The notes beneath the pieces are model-generated. The model saw only the letters and a list, made by a program, of their open reading frames with translations, ran no database searches and was not told the origin of the DNA. A DNA stretch of 64,000 bases from Octopus sinensis (taxonomy: Eukaryota): contig NC_043022.1 of assembly GCF_006345805.1 (NCBI RefSeq), forward strand, positions 17,670,001-17,734,000, written 5' to 3'. A program made the translations under genes and the position numbers. Positions 58,750 to 64,000 of this stretch are shown here, piece after piece. Position 1 is the first letter of the stretch; every line of letters starts with the position of its first letter.

Positions 58750-60170
58750 AGAGGAGAACTGGAAATTCCTTTGGGACAACTTGTTGAAGGTAGTGGACCA
58801 AATATGGAACTATTTCAAAGTTCCAGTCAGATCAAGGGTAATATAGTGGTGTAACAGTGAAGAGACAGACTTGGAAGGATTGGATGAGTGGTGGGGTTAG
58901 CAGAGAAATCTGACCCTGGCTAGAAGAGAAGTTTGGTAATGAGTCAATAAGTGAGGGGAGAAGCAACATGGAAGGGGTTTGCCAATGTTCTACAGCTTGA
59001 GGTGTTCTGGATTGCAAGACAGTGTGTCAGAGAAAATCAAGATGTTGTGGGATCGAAGCGTGTACAGATGGGACAATGGTACGTTTGTATTTGGTGATTC
59101 TGAAAGGGAAAATGCATGAAAGACTACTGAATGTGGAGAACGCATGGAAGCAGAAAAGTCTTTCTAATATAGAACCAACAGAAGGATCAGCTATCCAAGT
59201 TGACAAAGTATAATCAAGTAATTAAGGATATGAAAGCAGGGAAAGCCCCCTGGGCCATCAGATGCTTGAAATATCTGGTGGAGGGGACGTGGCTTAGTCA
59301 CGGGTACAGTTAATCAGGTTGTGCAGGAAGGTCCCATACTCAAGGACTGGTGTAGCAGCATCATAGTCAGCTGTTAGAGGTAACAAAGGTAAAAGAAATA
59401 CCTTGGAGAGAAGTAATTACAGAGGTATCAAATTTCTGGATCAGGTCATGAAACTTAGAGAAAGGGTTAAAGCCAGCCTAACTAATTAGGAAGAGAATTA
59501 ACCTAAATGAGATGCAGACTGGTTTTGTACCAGGGAGAAATACTATTGATACTCTCTTTGAAAATAAACTGCAGGAGAAGTATTTAGCCCTAAATACACA
59601 GCTGTACTTGGCATTTGTTGACCTGGAGAAAGCCTTTGACAGGGTTCCTTGTTGTCTTGTATGGTGAATGTTGTGAAAGCTATGGGTAGACGAATGGCTG
59701 GTGAGGGCTGCCTAAGACATGTACAAGGATATTTATTTCTTTATTGCCCATAGGGGACTAAACATAGAGGGGACAGACAAAGGGATTAAGTTGATTACAT
59801 TGGCCCCAGTGTATAACTTGTACTTATTTAATCGACCCCAAAAGGATGAAAGGCAAAGTCGACCTCGGCGGAATTTGAACTCAGAGCATAAAGATAGACG
59901 AAATACTGCTAAACATTTCACCCGGTGTGCTAATGTTTCTGCCAGCTTACCTTCTTGTACAAGGATATTGTCAGTAAGGTAACAGCAATGAATATAGCAA
60001 TGAATTTAGTGTGCTGGTAGGAGTTCACAAGGGCTAAGTTCTCAGACCCATACTATTCATCAGTCCTCCAAGTGATACCAGATGAATTTAAAACTGGTTT
60101 CTTTTGGAAATTTCTATATGCTAATGACCTGGTTTGCATTGCGAAATCTGTAGTAGAAATAGAAAAGGAA
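58750..60170 (+). mobile_element. Decayed RTE-like LINE RT region interrupted by a SINE
   Basis: NYRGIKFLDQVMKL, LYLAFVDLEKAFDRVP, FLYANDLVCIA remnants. Confidence 0.82.
59734..59955 (-). mobile_element. Apparently complete tRNA-derived SINE with 14-bp target-site duplication
   Basis: tgtacaaggatatt at both 59720-59733 and 59956-59969. Reverse complement has A/B-box head and A-rich tail. Confidence 0.88.
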
Positions 60171-60519
60171 TTCCATGCCAGATTGGAGCCTGGTGCAGCC
60201 ATCTGTCTCACCAGTCCTCAGTCAAATCGTGCTAGCATGGAAAACGAACGTTAAATGATGATGATGATCCACAGTCACATCATGTACACCAAATAGAATT
60301 CCTACCTCTTCCTGTTTTTCTTACTGAGCACAACCATTTCTCTGATGGTAGGTGTCCTGTCTTTTTTCTACTTAGTAAAACTTTGGCCTTTGTAAAGTTT
60401 ACTGTGATGCCACTGAATTTTAAGAAAAATCTAGGTCATGAGCATATAGGAATTCTAATGGACAGCCTCTCTTAGATGCCTGTTATAGCTTGAAGAACTT
60501 TAATAAACAGGAGTGGTCA

Positions 60520-60830
60520 AAACACTTAATTGCACTGTAAACTCATCACTGAACTCCTTGCCAATTCTCTTCACTCTACCAGCTGCACAGCTCTCCCCAG
60601 CCTTTCCTCTACACCTAGTTTTCTTGAAGACCAGCAGACTACAGATAACGCTACTCTATCAAAGGCTTTCTCCAAATCAATAAATGTTTGGTAAAGAAGT
60701 ATATTCTTAGCTTCACATTTCTCTTGCAGTTGTCTCTCTATGGAAACAATATAAGTAGTATCATGGCCTTGTACAAATCTGAACTGCATCTCATCTGACC
60801 TGATTTGCTCTCTGCTAATACCGTTTTGTT
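60520..60830 (-). mobile_element. RTE-like LINE RT fragment
   Basis: MQFRFVQGHDTT..RQLQEK..FIDLEKAFDRV. Confidence 0.8.
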
Positions 60831-62553
60831 ATTATCAGAACTTGGTCTATATGTTTAATACTTATTTAGTTGTTTCTTTCCAAAACAACTCCTTTGCCTT
60901 TGCGGCAGTTGAAAACTAGACCACAGTGCCTGTCGTTGGATATCACACCTCACTAGTATCATATCCAATAACTTTAGACCAAAACCTCACAGCATTGTAT
61001 TTCAATGATGACATTGAATTATCAAAAGGTTTCATTCATTCATTCTTGCATTGTTGTTGTTATACATTTATAAGAAAAAAAGGGCCACAGAGAGACAGCT
61101 CTGATTGTGATTACCACTTTGGCCCCACGTGCTTCACCACCAATTTTCAAAAGGTGTTTTCCCTTGGTTATTAAAGGAGCTGCTCGTTATGCTCCCCCTT
61201 GCTGATAGCATGAATTACCCTTTTTTCCCCATTTTTGGCAACCTCTGTGTTGAATGCCCACTTTCTTTTTCTCCTTCTCCAGTAGGTATTTCTTCCTCTT
61301 TTCACACTTCCTAAATGTCCCTCTTTATCCTTGAGCCTTCCTTTTCCTTTCTCTCTCCCTTTCTTTCCTGACTGAGGGGGCATCAATTCACCCCACCCCC
61401 CTCTACAGTGTCCAAACAACCTAGCTTCAGCACTGATGACTTATATTTCTCAACTATAACTATTCTTTCATTAACCAATTCCTTATTATTAAATTAGCCA
61501 CAGTTGAGGCAGTGAGCTGGGGCAGAAGCATTAGCATGATGCCCCAAATGCTTGGCAGCATGTCGTCCAATGTCATTATGTTCTGAATTCAAATTCTACT
61601 GAGGCTGACTTTGCCTTTTATCCTTTCAGGGTTGATGTAATCGACTGACCCCCTTTCTCCAAATTGCTGGCCTTGTGTCTGTGAGAAAGGGTTATTAATT
61701 AGCTGCAGTGATTAACTTACTACCACATCCTTGGTCCTTGGAGTCACTCTAACAATTAGTTGCATAGATCAATATTGATTCATTGATACATATTGATCTC
61801 CCTCCCACCTACTCATATAAGCTATTTTGTTGAAAAGCAACAGATAATCTCACATTCAGTTATCTCTACTTGAGATCAACTTCTAATCTACTCCATCAGT
61901 TAGAGCTAACCTTCAAGAGTTCAAAATACACCCTGCTCATATCCTTTGGGTGGCAGTGGTTCCTGGGCTTAAAATCAACTTTTTGATAATCTGTGTATAT
62001 ATTCTGTGATGGTGTGTGGCCTCGTGGTTAGAGATTTACACTCAGGATCAGGATGCAGTTGTGAGTTTGATTCCTGGACTGAGTTGTGCATTGTATTCTT
62101 GAGCGAAACATTTCTTTTCACATTGCTCCAGTTGACTCAGCTGTAAGTGGGTGATGGTCCAGCTTCTGTGGGTAGGGGATGATAATGTTGGCTGCCATCA
62201 TTTGAAAGCTAAAATGATGCAACACGCATTGTGACTAGTGATGTATAACAACATCGGATGGTCTAGTCAATCATGATGTGTATATTTTACTAGCAGCAAT
62301 TCCCATCCTTGTGTAGGGTTTCAGAAAATGTCAGGAAAACTTACATAATCTAGGATCTTCTCCTTGGACGGATGTACCCTTGTCCAAAATTTCAAGTAGC
62401 TTGCTGCAAAACTGTGACCTTCAGAAACAAGTATAACAGATATTCACTTTTATATTTTAAGATTATATGAACAACTAAACACAAAAATAAGGCCAATAAT
62501 TTACATTCTTGGCATTCAAACTGATAACTAATCCACCAGAGACACCACCATTA

Positions 62554-62555
<2 letters not shown>

Positions 62556-62628
<73 letters not shown>
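62556..62628. repeat. (TC)n microsatellite
   Basis: Direct reading. Confidence 0.95.
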
Positions 62629-62631
<3 letters not shown>

Positions 62632-64000
62632 TTTCAGCCTTGGCTCTATTACTATATCTTTGGTGCAGGCCTTCTCACTTACCAGAAAACCAACACTTGT
62701 ATAACATCTGTACTCTCTTCTTGTCTCTTATAACAATGACCTCTTCTCTAAACATGCCAGCCATGACCCACACGTGGACAAACTTATAATACCCATTGTC
62801 GTCATCTTGTTTTGCTTCATATTAAGATTTAGCTGGCATTTACCTTCTTGCTTGTACGTTTACAGGAGATCTTGAAACTGTGACTTCAAAATAACATTAT
62901 TTAGTGTTCTTGTTGCTTACAGCAAAGAGATTTTATCATTCATTCTGACTTTGTTTCCATATATATTTTTCCCTAAAAAATATTGATGTGAAGAAATTCA
63001 AGCTGAACGAAATTTCCATCGACCTTACAAGTGTAGGTGGGCCCTACCTGCTATTTCTAGACTCTCCTATTTCTCAGATTATTTAAAAAACAATCTCGGT
63101 GACTCATGCAAGAAAGAATTTTCTTTAATGAAATATGTTTTCAGTCAGAAGTAGAAGTATACGAGATGTTGCCAGTGGTTTGAAAGGGAAGGAATTCTGG
63201 ACCAAGATTTCAAATCAGATAACCTGTTTCTATTATGTCTGATTGTGTAATGTGGCTAGGAAAATATAGACATGATTAAAGTCCAAGAAGTTTAAAGTCA
63301 ATCTGATCTTGATTGTATTCCTCTGCCCCACCTCACTATTTATATATATATATATAATATATATTTATTTTTTGCTTGTGTGGGTTTTATTATGTAAGTA
63401 TGAAAGCTGTGATGTTTTAGAGTTTTGAACTTCATACTTTCTTGAAAGATATCAATATTTGAAGGCTTTTATTTCCAAGAAGATAGACAGTTGACATTTC
63501 TTTTGTGTTTCTGGGACAAAAGCAGTATTAGTGAAACAATAATATCAGCAACAGTTTGTGTGGGTGAATGTGTACACACACACACACACACACAAATGCT
63601 GGTGCCACGTAAAAAGCACTCAGTCCACTCTGTAAAGCGGATGGTGTTAGGAAGGGTATCCAGCTGTAAAAACCATGTCAAATCAGTATAGTTTTGCACA
63701 GTCCTCTGGTTTACTAGCTCCTGCTAAAACGTCTGACCCAGCATTGAAGGTAGTTGTTAGATGATGATGATGATATATATATATATATATATATAGGAAA
63801 AATAGAAGTTAAAAAGGCATTGAGAATAGTTAAAATATATATTAATATATTTAAAGCTTTAATCAGTTTCCACTGATTTTCAAAAAGTTGAAATAGAAAG
63901 ATGTGGCTTATGTCGCAGCTGTTTTGCTTCTGACTAGTGTTTGAAGCTTGCCCTATTTTTATAGGGAGTTCGTGGCTCAAATTAGCATTTGTTTTGAATA

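Noticed and set aside
62637-62810. Possible LPCAT3 exon 2 (ALALLLYLWCRP..QHLYNICT)
   Set aside because: Only vague similarity to YPFALFYR..HLFH and no suitable donor. The opposite strand resembles a LINE endonuclease remnant. Exon 2 probably lies outside the window.

Overview
AT-rich eukaryotic genomic DNA, probably Octopus, judged from its repeat families and gene structure. It is dense in microsatellites, tRNA-derived SINEs, RTE-type LINE fragments and decayed DNA transposons. Three genes are recognisable, all on the + strand: UQCR10/QCR9 (2 exons, 1570-6245, 67 aa), ZMAT5 (4 exons, 27493-33206, 169 aa) and the first coding exon of an LPCAT3/MBOAT5-like acyltransferase (54054-54186). The dominant feature is a ~15.1-kb, ~71% GC tandem array of a 14-bp monomer (CCAAGGCTCCCGTG, ~1080 copies, 11144-26256). 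It produces all the long ORFs in the six-frame track, and these are artefacts. The array lies inside the reverse transcriptase ORF of a decayed minus-strand HERO-like non-LTR retrotransposon. Collapsing it to one monomer plus a 4-bp microhomology restores the RT frame and motif spacing, so the satellite appears to have arisen from the RT coding sequence itself. Unresolved candidate exons between 35 and 52 kb suggest one or two further genes that I could not identify.
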